DNA from: a plasmid
Direction: 5' to 3' (one strand)
Sequence record: NZ_CP067424.1
Length of the DNA: 64,000 nt
In this document: positions 9,634 to 18,020 of the stretch, piece after piece
Numbering within the stretch: the first letter of the stretch is position 1
How the letters are laid out: each line of letters begins with the position of its first letter
Notes under the pieces: generated by a model
Database searches by the model: none
Seen by the model: only the letters and a program-made list of their open reading frames with translations
What the model was told of the DNA's origin: nothing
Translations under genes and position numbers: made by a program

Positions 9634-10904
9634 GGGACACCCTGCTGGCTGGCGAGACGGCGGCCGATCGCGTCGTAGATGGCCAGCGAACGGGGTGTCA
9701 CCGTGCTGCCCCGAGGCTCGGGCCTGGCCTCCTCCCGGGCCGTCCTGCTGTTGGCCGGCGGCGGCTGGGTGCGGTGACCGGGAGCGATCCGGCGCTGGCC
9801 GCGGCCTTCCTGTGCCGGATGGGAGGCGATGAGGATGCCGTCCTCCAGGATGTTGACCGCGCCGGCGGTAATCTGCACCTCGACGGTCCGCCGGCGGGTG
9901 CTGTCGGGCACGGAGTAGAGATTGCCGGCGACGGAGACCATGCCGTCGCGGGTGATGCGGCGCTCGAGTGCCAGCACGGTGTTGAAGGGACCGGCCGGGA
10001 GGGCCTTGAGGTGATCGCGCTCCTCGGCGAAATGCTCGACGACGACACGCTGGGTGGTGGCGTGCAGGCGAACGTTGGCGACCTGGTCCAGCCACTGGAC
10101 GAACTGGGCGTTCAGGTCGTCCAGATTGCGGAAGGTGCGGGCGAGGAAGAAGTCCTCCCGGACATAGCGGAAGGGCCGCTCCACCTTGCCCTTGGTCTGT
10201 GCCCGGTAGGGCCTGCAGGCCTTCGGCAGGAAACCGTAGCAGGCGGCCAGATCGAGGAGCTTGGCATTGTAGGCGATCCCCTTGGCCGGCTGGTCGGGGT
10301 CCTCGACGTCACCGAGCACGGCGGTCTTCATGCGGTCATAAAGGATCTGCTCGGGCACGCCGCCGAACGCCTCGAAGGCGGCGATGTGGCACCGGAGCAC
10401 GGTCGGCAGATCCTGGCGGGCGACGAAGCGGGCCCACATCATGCGGCTGTGGCCGAGCACGATCGAGAACAGCCAGACGATCCGCTCGACGTCGGGCTGG
10501 TCGGTGAACACGGTCTTGAAGAAGGCGAAATCGACCTGGGCCTGCTTGCCGGGCGGTGTCTCGAACCGGCGCTCGAACTGTGTCTCGGGCCTGGGCCGGA
10601 CGGTACGCAGGAAATCCTTCAGCACGGTATAGCCGCCCTGGTAGCCGAGCGCGCGGATGTCCCGGAGCAGACGTCGGCCGCTGAGTTCCGGGAAGGCCTG
10701 GAGGCGCTCCCGCAGATAGGGTTCAAAGGGGCCGACAAGGGTCTGTCGCGGGGGCCGCGGCGTGTAGGCGGGCGGCTCCAGCCCCTTGGCGATGTACTTT
10801 CGGATGGTCTTGCGGTCCAGGCCGGTCCGGCGCGCGATTGCCGACACGCTCAGCCCCTGGCGGGCGAGATCGAGAATCATGACGAGTTCCCCAAGTGTGA
10901 CCAC
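9630..10904 (-). CDS. istA: IS21-family transposase IstA
   Basis: It has an N-terminal HTH (MILDLARQGLSVSAIARRTGLDRKTIRKYI) and a DDE integrase core (...VDFAFF...LYDRMKTAV...). The start may be the internal ATG near 10880. Confidence 0.9.
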   Translation of the reverse strand: MVTLGELVMILDLARQGLSVSAIARRTGLDRKTIRKYIAKGLEPPAYTPRPPRQTLVGPFEPYLRERLQAFPELSGRRLLRDIRALGYQGGYTVLKDFLRTVRPRPETQFERRFETPPGKQAQVDFAFFKTVFTDQPDVERIVWLFSIVLGHSRMMWARFVARQDLPTVLRCHIAAFEAFGGVPEQILYDRMKTAVLGDVEDPDQPAKGIAYNAKLLDLAACYGFLPKACRPYRAQTKGKVERPFRYVREDFFLARTFRNLDDLNAQFVQWLDQVANVRLHATTQRVVVEHFAEERDHLKALPAGPFNTVLALERRITRDGMVSVAGNLYSVPDSTRRRTVEVQITAGAVNILEDGILIASHPAQEGRGQRRIAPGHRTQPPPANSRTAREEARPEPRGSTVTPRSLAIYDAIGRRLASQQGVP

Positions 10905-11044
10905 CCACGCCCTCCCTCAATCGACTGAGGGGATTATGGGCCAAGGGCGGCTACACGGTTCCGAGGCGCCTGCTCCGGAGCCGTGCCGTTGCGTCAGCCT
11001 GGGGAAAGTTCATCCGCCCGATCTGAGGAGTATTCACCCGGCAC

Positions 11045-11533
11045 TTACACCTGGCGGGTGATGGCGGCGACCAGCCGTTCGAGCGTGGTGCGGGCGGGCA
11101 GGATGACCTTCGCCGCGGACAGCGACGCTTCCGCCCGCTGGATCAGGTCGGCGGTCGTCAGGCCATCGGCGGCGACCGCCGAGAGATCGGTCTCCAGACG
11201 GTTTTGGGCGTCGGTGGAAAACACCGTGAACCCGAGGTGGTCGCGCACCCGGGCGCGGATGGCGCTGTCGGTCGGCTGGCGGGCCAGGGAAGCCAGCCGG
11301 GCCGGTGGATCAATCCCGAGCCGGCGGGCCAGGTGGATGACAGCGTCCCGCGGAACCTGCTCCGGGTCGTCGATGAACCGGCCGGTGCGGCGCACGCCGC
11401 ACAGGTGCAGCGCGGTCCACAGGCGGTTGTCCGGACCGCGGGCGCGCATGACCTCCCGGAGGTCGGCCTCGTCGAGTGCCCAGTCGTTCAGGATCCGGTC
11501 CGGGTCGATCTCCTCCGGAGCGGGCTCAGCCAT
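11045..11533 (-). pseudogene. tnpA: Tn3-family transposase, N-terminal 162 codons terminated by the IS21 end
   Basis: The fragment reads MAEPAPEEIDPDRILNDWALDEADLREVMRARGPDNRLWTALHLCGVRR..., a DUF4158-like TnpA N-terminus. Its stop TAA at 11045-11047 is supplied by the IS terminus TGTAA. Joining across the IS with one copy of the TSD continues in frame into the 6239..8690 piece. Confidence 0.7.
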
Positions 11534-12464
11534 CGAGATTGAACGGGGTCTGCTCGACGTCCCGGGCGAGATCCTCGGTCGAGGCGCGGGTGTAGACGGC
11601 GGTGGTGTCGAGGCTCTCGTGGCCGAGCAGCTGGGCCAGTTCGACCAGCTTGCCCGGATGCTGGCGCAGCCAGGCCAGGGCGAAGGTGTGGCGCAGGCTG
11701 TGGGCGGAGATGCCGGCGCGCTTGAGGCCGGCGCGGCGCACTAGGCCGGCGATCGTGTTCTGGATCGAGCGCACCGGCAGCGGCTCGCTGCGGGTCGAGC
11801 GGAACACCGGATCCTCCGGCCGGGCGGGAGCCGGATCCCGCTCGAAGACTTGGCGCAGCGCCCGGCGGGCGGTGGCGTTGAGCGGCACCTCGCGTTCCCT
11901 GAGGCCCTTGCCGTGGCGGACGCGGAGCACGCCGGCGCGCTCGCGCAGGGTAATGTCGGCGCGCCGCAGGGCGGCCACCTCACCGATCCGCAGGCCGGTC
12001 TGCAGCATGAGCTGGACCAGCGCGTAGTTGCGCCGGGCCAGGCCGTGGGAGCTCTCACCAGCGGCGCGCAGCAGTCCATGGACCTCGGCCGCGGTGAGGC
12101 CGACGGGCTGGCGGTCGCCGGTCAGACGGATCGTCCGGACCCCGGCGGCGACGTTGGCGGCGACAACCCCGGTGGCCTCGGCCCAGCGCAGCACGCGGCG
12201 AACGGCCTCGAGACGGCGGTTGATGGTGGTCGCCCTGAACTGGCAGCGGGTGATCATGTGCTGGCGCCAGGCGATGACGTCGTGCTCGGTCAGCCGCGGC
12301 AGATCGGGTGGGGTGCCGTACAGGGCGGCGTACCAAGCGGCGAACTGGAGCAGATCGTAGCGGTAGCCCCGGCGGGTGGCGGCCGAGAGATCCTCCGCGG
12401 CGAGGCGGTCGAGGAAGGACTGAAGCCAGGGCGGAGGATCGACCATCGCCGGGGATATTCCCAT
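11526..12464 (-). CDS. tnpI: Tyrosine site-specific recombinase (TnpI-like resolvase, XerC/D family)
   Basis: The 312-aa protein has ...HSLRHTFA...LLGHESLDTTAVYTRAS... with the catalytic Tyr. Its stop overlaps the tnpA start (11526-11533), giving a tnpI-tnpA operon as in Tn4430/Tn5401. Confidence 0.8.
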   Translation of the reverse strand: MGISPAMVDPPPWLQSFLDRLAAEDLSAATRRGYRYDLLQFAAWYAALYGTPPDLPRLTEHDVIAWRQHMITRCQFRATTINRRLEAVRRVLRWAEATGVVAANVAAGVRTIRLTGDRQPVGLTAAEVHGLLRAAGESSHGLARRNYALVQLMLQTGLRIGEVAALRRADITLRERAGVLRVRHGKGLREREVPLNATARRALRQVFERDPAPARPEDPVFRSTRSEPLPVRSIQNTIAGLVRRAGLKRAGISAHSLRHTFALAWLRQHPGKLVELAQLLGHESLDTTAVYTRASTEDLARDVEQTPFNLDG

Positions 12465-12580
12465 TGCACGCCATGTCGACCCCCAGGATAAGGGCTTGGT
12501 TTACGGCGTGCAATGTGGCGATCGGGCTAGGCATATGGAGTGCAATTCGTATTGTACGCCATGTTAACACGCCATTTTCA
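12461..12580. promoter_or_regulatory. Candidate internal resolution site (IRS) for TnpI
   Basis: The inverted 12-mers ATTGCACGCCAT(GT) at about 12463 and ACGGCGTGCAATGT at about 12504, plus the related GTATTGTACGCCATGTTAAC at about 12551, lie immediately upstream of tnpI. Confidence 0.4.
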
Positions 12581-12636
12581 GCGGTCAGAGGCAAAACGAC
12601 CTGGAAACCTGCCGGAATCGGTCCAAAAAGGGCGTC

Positions 12637-12674
12637 GTTAGAGTATATTTTCGCAGCGGCGCTGGATGCACCCC
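12637..12674. repeat. Right 38-bp terminal IR of the Tn4430-like transposon
   Basis: Its reverse complement is GGGGTGCATCCAGCGCCGCTGCGAAAATATACTCTAAC. Confidence 0.6.
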
Positions 12675-12839
12675 TCCTTCGAGCTGCTTAATCTGCGGGG
12701 CAGGGTGTTTGCGCGCGTTGCGGGCATAAGGAACCAGCTCGTCAATCTTGCGATTGACGATCGATAACGTTGCCATAGTGTGGAACTCCGTTGGATCTGG
12801 AAGGTAGGGGCTGAAGCTGTCGGAACGCTTCGCCGGTTC

Positions 12840-13058
12840 TCAGTCCTGCCGTGCGCTGACCTGGAACGAAGCGCGCGAGCTGATCCAGGCGTCTACCTCA
12901 GACAGCCGGTAGCGGACCGTTCGGCCGATCAGGCGATAGACCGGTGGCCCCTCGCCCTTCAGTTCGAGATTGCGCAAGGTGCGCTGCGTCACGCCGAGGC
13001 GCGCGGCGGCGCTCGTCGCGGTGATCCAGTCATCAACGGGTGCGGCATTCGCGGGCAT
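12840..13058 (-). CDS. AlpA/excisionase-like helix-turn-helix protein
   Basis: ...ITATSAAARLGVTQRTLRNLELKGEGPPVYRLIGRTVRYRLSEVDAWI matches the AlpA/MerR-like phage regulator family. The start is taken at the internal Met (MPANAAP). Confidence 0.5.
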   Translation of the reverse strand: MPANAAPVDDWITATSAAARLGVTQRTLRNLELKGEGPPVYRLIGRTVRYRLSEVDAWISSRASFQVSARQD

Positions 13059-13602
13059 GTGGATCTCCCTGGCTGCGAGCACAAAAAAAGCCCGCTCCGC
13101 GATTGCGGGCGAGCTGGTAGGCGATTGCAGTTGTCCCAAGCTGCGAACACAACTCGGGTGCCTTTTGTCTACTCCCGTTTAGCTGGGGGCCGCAAGCGAA
13201 AAGGTGAGGTAAGACGCGCCTCGGTTCCGCAAGGGCGGCGCGATCGAGCCTATCAAGGAACCCTCGCCGGCTGCTTGATGATATCTGGCTGGCAACCCTC
13301 ATTATTAGTGAATCATTTATGTAAAAATATCAATGCGCGTTGTACAGAATAGGCGGGCAGACGAATGACTTACTATCGGATTAATCGATGGTGTATAGGT
13401 TGCCTATTCATAAGTACGTATTGCGCATACCCCAATTACATAAATCTATAGATGGATAACTCTAGAGCAGATTCTGTTTTGGTTGAGCAACAGCAGCGGC
13501 AAGCCGGCAGCATATGTAAGCATAATAAATAATAAATTTGTTTAATATACTGAAATGCTTCTAGGTTAATTAAGACGTCATCAGAACCTAAGGAGGAAAA
13601 CG

Positions 13603-14223
13603 ATGAAAAAGCTTATCCACATGAGCCCCATTATGCTTGTACTATTTTTATTATTATATGATCCTACACAAGCATTTTCTCAGTATAAGCATGATCATTA
13701 TGAAAACCTCGGGAGAGATGTAGAATTTTGGCGCTGGTCTGTTGTACTAGGCAGAACTGCACAATACACCCGTAGAGGAGAAGTGAGGGTTGATGTTGAA
13801 AGCAGAAAAAAGCTGTGTGCCTACAGCCTACATGAAGCAAGTGGTAACCCTAAGTACTCCAGATCAAATCCCCCAAGAAATAGTATGTCAGGTCGTAATG
13901 TATCAAATAATGGTATTACTGTAAGTTACGAGTCCCCATGTTGGGGAACTCCTGTTGGGGATTTTTTACAGCAGATCGCAACCACTTTAGGTATTGCATT
14001 TGGCCAACCTACGACTGGTGCCATCGTAGGCGGAGCATTGAGAGAGCTGACAACTTCCAGCCAACAGTGTGTCGGTGATCAACGAGCTAGCTGGCTTACT
14101 ATGCGAATTTATGTTTGGACAGTTCCAGACGGAAGGACCTGTAACGCACGGGAAACGATGATTAAAGCAGATCAGAGAAGAAGAGAATCTCCAATTCAGC
14201 GTTGGTATGGTGATGAGAGGTGA
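13603..14223 (+). CDS. Secreted hypothetical protein (low-GC island)
   Basis: The N-terminal signal peptide is MKKLIHMSPIMLVLFLLLYDPTQAFS. A strong RBS AAGGAGGA lies upstream, and the local GC content is roughly 40% against about 65% in the flanks. Confidence 0.55.
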   Translation: MKKLIHMSPIMLVLFLLLYDPTQAFSQYKHDHYENLGRDVEFWRWSVVLGRTAQYTRRGEVRVDVESRKKLCAYSLHEASGNPKYSRSNPPRNSMSGRNVSNNGITVSYESPCWGTPVGDFLQQIATTLGIAFGQPTTGAIVGGALRELTTSSQQCVGDQRASWLTMRIYVWTVPDGRTCNARETMIKADQRRRESPIQRWYGDER

Positions 14224-14689
14224 TAACTTAAGAAAATCTTTTACTAGGCGAATGCGCTTACCTGTCCATCAAGCGATAAGGTTCTAAACTCGTTCACTTT
14301 TGACAACCCGATACCGGATTTCTAAAAAACTTGGTAGCTCTTAACAGCGAAGATCCGCCTGCTGAAGCGGGGCGGGACCGTCAATCTGAGGCGTACTCAT
14401 TGGGCCAGTAGCCGCCACAATTCGGCCGAAAAGTACATATTATTATATAATTTTTACAAAAGTTTTCCTCTGAGGCTCTTTCGGGGTGTTCGGAAACGTT
14501 GGGTTCTGAACACCTTCGACCGGCACTGCTGGAATGACGATTTCCGGTGTGCAGAACCCGTGTCCGAAATCGGGTTTCAAGAACGGTGTCCGAAATCCCC
14601 TTCCGGTAAAGACTCTCAGATCGAGGGAGACGGCGCTCTAAGAGTGTATGATTTCGTGGAACGGTCGGACGAAAATCTAAGGAGAGATC

Positions 14690-15424
14690 ATGCCTCACAG
14701 ATTGAAAGCCTTGTTCCCCGATGCCGAAGTCCTCCTGGGGTTACCGCCCGAGGAGTTGGGGGGTGTCCTGCTCTCGATCTTGCGTAATGACAGGCCACCA
14801 CTAAGCCTACACAATTTCGTTAATAATTTATATCAGACTCAACTGATCTATCCGGTGGATTACAAGGACCGGGTGGGAGAAGCCATTGCGGAGGCGTGGA
14901 ATTGGCTGCTCAGCGTCGGTCTTCTTGCGCCTCACCCACGACAAGGTGCCGGATGGTACTTCATCACGAAGCGCGGTTGGGAAGCTGCGACTCCGGAGGC
15001 TTTCGAGAGTTATCGCAAGGCTTCGCTGATCCCGCGAGACCTTCTCCACCCGATTGTCACGACCAAGGCATGGCCGAACTTTCTTCGCGGTGACTACGAC
15101 ACTGCGGTCTTTCAGGCTTTCAAAGAGGTCGAAGTCGAAGTCCGGAAAGCGGGGAACTACGAGAACACCAAAATAGGGAAAGACCTGATGCTCGCCGCAT
15201 TCCACGAGAGCACAGGCCCGCTGACGGATCAGACGCTTCCCGTTTCTGAAAGACAGGCTACGGCTTTTCTGTTTGCAGGCGCTATCGGTCGCTATAAGAA
15301 CCCAGGCAGTCACCGCACCGTTGTTATCGATGAGGCTACCAGAGCGGCGGAAATGCTGATCCTTGCCAGTCATCTTCTGCATCTTGTCGATGAGAGAATA
15401 GCCGACCAGCAATCTGATGAGTGA
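14690..15424 (+). CDS. Abi_C / TIGR02391-family protein (abortive-infection-associated C-terminal domain) with unknown N-terminal domain
   Basis: The C-terminal 110 aa (AVFQAFKEVEVEVRKAGNYENTKIGKDLMLAAFHESTGPL...FLFAGAIGRYKNPGSHRTVVIDEATRAAEMLILASHLLHLVDE) matches the Abi_C/TIGR02391 consensus. An RBS GGAGAG lies upstream. Confidence 0.55.
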   Translation: MPHRLKALFPDAEVLLGLPPEELGGVLLSILRNDRPPLSLHNFVNNLYQTQLIYPVDYKDRVGEAIAEAWNWLLSVGLLAPHPRQGAGWYFITKRGWEAATPEAFESYRKASLIPRDLLHPIVTTKAWPNFLRGDYDTAVFQAFKEVEVEVRKAGNYENTKIGKDLMLAAFHESTGPLTDQTLPVSERQATAFLFAGAIGRYKNPGSHRTVVIDEATRAAEMLILASHLLHLVDERIADQQSDE

Positions 15425-15593
15425 AGCGTTGGCAGGCGATCTGCTGGATTGCCCTATTTGGGTATACGCCAGGGGAACAGTTTCACGGGACATCCTGATC
15501 CAGCTTCTTCCTGTTCCAATAGGGTTGCTTTTCGAGTTCCGGCACAGGATACTTGAATGGTCTAGAGCCTAACGGAACAGATCGGGGTGATCG

Positions 15594-16139
15594 ATGGCAG
15601 TTTACGGGTATGCTCGCGTTTCCACGATCGACCAGGACCTCACCCTGCAGCGGGAGGCGCTGACGAAGGCAGGGTGCTTCGTGGTTCGAGAAGAGAAGGT
15701 GACGGGGACGACCAGGTCGGGCCGGTCGGAGTTGAAGACGCTGATGGAATTCCTGCAGCCGGGCGACACACTGATGGTGACGCGCATCGACCGGCTGGCC
15801 CGCTCCATCGGCGACCTCCAGGACATCGTGCGGGAGCTGAAGACCAAGGGCGTGGCGCTGAAGGCGACCGAGCAGCCGATCGACACATCGACTGCGGCCG
15901 GGAAAGCCTTCCTCGACATGCTGGGCGTCTTCGCCGAGTTCGAGACGAACCTCCGGAAGGAGCGCCAGCTCGAAGGCATCCAGCAGGCGAAGGCCAAGGG
16001 GGTCTACAAGGGGCGCAAGCCGAAGCTCGACCGGTCAGCCGTCCAGGCACTGAAGGCGGAAGGCCTGGGCGGCAGCGAGATCGCACGCCGGCTGCGGATC
16101 GGCCGGACGAGCGTCTATCGGTTGCTGAAGGCAGGATGA
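15594..16139 (+). CDS. Serine recombinase (resolvase/DNA invertase family)
   Basis: The protein begins MAVYGYARVSTIDQDLTLQ...LMVTRIDRLARS and ends in a C-terminal HTH (SEIARRLRIGRTSVYRLLK). Confidence 0.85.
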   Translation: MAVYGYARVSTIDQDLTLQREALTKAGCFVVREEKVTGTTRSGRSELKTLMEFLQPGDTLMVTRIDRLARSIGDLQDIVRELKTKGVALKATEQPIDTSTAAGKAFLDMLGVFAEFETNLRKERQLEGIQQAKAKGVYKGRKPKLDRSAVQALKAEGLGGSEIARRLRIGRTSVYRLLKAG

Positions 16140-16147
16140 AGATCAGG

Positions 16148-16587
16148 TGATGACGTTCGAAGAGATCCTGACCGCGGCGAATGCCGGCGGCGCCCGCGCA
16201 CCTGGTCAGTGGACCCCGCAAGCATGCCGCACCTGGCGGGAGGCAGATCCGGAAGATGCGCGCCTGCTCGAAGCCTGCTGGGCCTGGGAGCTGGCGAACG
16301 ATCGCCGGGTGCAGGCGAAAGACGAACTCGCGGTGACGGAGCGGCGCCGGACGAGGCGATGGCTGCGGCACGGGCGCACAAAGAAGGGTAGGGCTGCAGT
16401 TCAGGGGGTTGCGGAAAAAAGGATGCAGGCATGCAGCCTGCATTTCCTCCCTCGAATTAATTCGGCGCTAAGACTATGTATGCAGTGCGGTAGCGATACT
16501 GCAACGCCTTCTTTCGGGCGTTTCCTCCCTAGACTCAGGCTGCCTCTTTGTGGGCGGCCTTCTTTTTACACATATTTCAGAAAATAG
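16148..16587 (+). CDS. Hypothetical protein; the 3' part of the ORF probably runs into a non-coding repeat
   Basis: It starts 8 nt after the recombinase stop. The first about 65 codons (TFEEILTAANAGGARAPGQWTPQACRTWREADPEDARLLEACWAWELANDR) are duplicated without a start codon at 16690-16880. The distal part overlaps a terminator-like repeat, so the true stop is uncertain. Confidence 0.3.
16153..16340. repeat. Direct repeat copy 1 (about 190 bp, 5' coding part of the hypothetical gene)
   Basis: About 80% identical to 16690-16880 in the same orientation. Confidence 0.6.
16482..16568 (+). repeat. Conserved 85-bp element ending in a terminator hairpin, copy 1
   Basis: GCAGTGCGGTAGCGATACTGCAACGCCTTCTTTCGGGCGTTTCCTCCCTAGACTCAGGCTGCC-tctttgtg-GGCGGCCTTCTTTTTA. 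Stem changes relative to copy 2 preserve pairing. Confidence 0.5.
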
Positions 16588-16689
16588 CACCTGCTCAAAA
16601 TAGGGTATGTGAAAGCGTGTAGAAGAAGCAAACTACCCATCTGTAAGGCTATGAGCGTAATGCGCTATAAAGAGTATCCTGAACGATAA

Positions 16690-16880
16690 CCTTCGAAGAG
16701 CTGCTCGCCGCGGCGAATGCCGGCGACGCCAGGACCTCGGGACAGTGGACGCCGACAGCCTGTAAGACCTGGCGGGAGGCAGAGCCGGAAGAAGCTCGCC
16801 TGCTGGAAGCGGCCTGGGCATGGGAACTCGCGAACGACCGCCGAGCACAGCCGCGCGACCTGGTCGAGGTCAGTCAGGCA
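16690..16880. repeat. Direct repeat copy 2 (start-less paralogous gene fragment)
   Basis: It encodes FEELLAAANAGDARTSGQWTPTACKTWREAEPEEARLLEAAWAWELANDRR in frame, but a stop codon lies immediately upstream and there is no start codon. Confidence 0.6.
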
Positions 16881-16934
16881 GCGCCGCCAGGAGATGGACG
16901 AAGCCACGGTTGCAGCGAGGCAAGGGTAGAAAAT

Positions 16935-16982
16935 GGCACCTTCAAGGTGGCAAAGATCTTGACGCGCCACCTTGAAGGTGCC
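16935..16982. promoter_or_regulatory. Candidate MqsA operator: perfect 17-bp inverted repeat with ACCTTCAAGGT cores
   Basis: GGCACCTTCAAGGTGGC (16935-16951) and GCCACCTTGAAGGTGCC (16966-16982) are exact reverse complements. Each contains an ACCT-N3-AGGT palindrome like the E. coli mqsRA operator. Confidence 0.5.
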
Positions 16983-16992
16983 ACATTCCGGC

Positions 16993-17298
16993 ATGGACAA
17001 ACGGAAGCCCACCTATGATCTGGCGTCATTTAAGGCATCGTTTAGCAGCGTCGAGAAGTTGAATGCAACTATTGTCGCTCTCCAAGGGGCTAGAAGCCTA
17101 GGAATTACGGTTACCGGTATGGTTTCCGTCATACAAACGATGGAAAGAAAGCATTTCTACAAGTCTATGACTTCGAATAATGATCATACAGTCTGGCAGG
17201 ACGTTTACCATGTGCCGCATGATGAGAATGTTATCTACATCAAGTTCATTGCGGATGTCGTGACAGAGTTTAGATTGCTGTCCTTCAAGGAGAAGTAG
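16993..17298 (+). CDS. mqsR: Type II toxin MqsR (ribonuclease toxin)
   Basis: MDKRKPTYDLASFKASFSS...GMVSVIQTMERKHFYKSMTSNNDHTVWQDVYHV...YIKFI...SFKEK matches the MqsR family (characteristic FYKSMT and WQDVY motifs). The track ORF starts at a TTG at 16972. Confidence 0.8.
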   Translation: MDKRKPTYDLASFKASFSSVEKLNATIVALQGARSLGITVTGMVSVIQTMERKHFYKSMTSNNDHTVWQDVYHVPHDENVIYIKFIADVVTEFRLLSFKEK

Positions 17299-17738
17299 TG
17301 ATGGCTGATACGATGATCTGCCATGAGTGCGGCGGGCACATGGCGCGGGCTTCAAAGCCTGTCGAATTTGAGTATAAGGGACATAAGGTTACCTTGGACC
17401 AGCCAGGATGGTACTGCTCTTCTTGCGAGGAGAGTGTCCTGACGGGTGCCGACATGTTAGCTACGGAACCGGCGTTTTTGGAATTCAAGGCAAAGATTGA
17501 TGGCTTGGCGCCTCCGAAGGAAGTTTCCCGCATTCGTAAAAAGCTTAAACTTTCTCAGCGCAAGGCTGGAGTAATCCTCGGAGGGGGTGTTCACGCATTC
17601 CAAAAATATGAAAGCGGGAAGGATCTGCCCACCAAGGCTATGAGCAATCTGCTTCGCTTGCTTGATAGTCAGCCGACCTTGCTTGAGCAGCTCGTCGCGA
17701 TCCAAGCACAGCAAGAAAGCGGGAAGCACACCGATTAG
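17298..17738 (+). CDS. mqsA: Antitoxin MqsA (Zn-ribbon plus XRE-type HTH)
   Basis: The N-terminus has C..C...C..C (ICHECGG...YCSSCEES) and the C-terminal HTH reads RKKLKLSQRKAGVILGGGVHAFQKYESG. It is start-stop coupled to mqsR (ATGA at 17295-17300). Confidence 0.8.
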   Translation: MMADTMICHECGGHMARASKPVEFEYKGHKVTLDQPGWYCSSCEESVLTGADMLATEPAFLEFKAKIDGLAPPKEVSRIRKKLKLSQRKAGVILGGGVHAFQKYESGKDLPTKAMSNLLRLLDSQPTLLEQLVAIQAQQESGKHTD

Positions 17739-18020
17739 CAAACTGCTCGTGCTATGGCTGTTCTCTAACCTACTGACTTAGCTTCGTCTAAGGCAGAAAC
17801 TATGGGAAAATCCCATAGTTAAAGATCCTTCGCCAGGGGGCATCCCCGGTCCGATTTCATCGAACCAGGGGAAAGCAGGATGTCTCTTGGTGGTGGGCAT
17901 CAATCCCCTTCCGTCCCATTCTCCGCGCTACGCTTGTGCGAACGGGTCCCATCGAGAAGGGGATTGACGTACAACCGTGACGGGCTGCTTCGCCGTGCTC
18001 GATGGCCCGGCTCTCCTGGC

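Larger units (their letters stand above)
8691..11049 (-). mobile_element. IS21-family insertion sequence (istA-istB) with a 5-bp target duplication CCTGG
   Basis: The termini begin TGTAAAGGGCGGATGAAG (8691-, forward strand) and TGTAAGTGCCGGGTGAAT (reverse complement ending at 11049). Each end is followed by tandem related repeats of about 24 bp containing CAGATCGGGCGG. Direct repeats CCTGG lie at 8686-8690 and 11050-11054. Confidence 0.75.
6132..12674 (-). mobile_element. Tn4430-like minimal Tn3-family transposon (IR - tnpA - tnpI - IRS - IR), disrupted by an IS21-family insertion
   Basis: The 38-bp terminal inverted repeats begin with GGGG: GGGGTGTTTCCAGCATCTCTGCGAAAATATACTGTAGC at 6132-6169 and its counterpart at 12637-12674, with about 31/38 identity. 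Between them lie only a tyrosine recombinase, a Tn3-type transposase and the IS. Confidence 0.65.

Noticed and set aside
9624-10928. 434-aa plus-strand ORF
   Set aside because: It is antisense to istA of the IS21 element.
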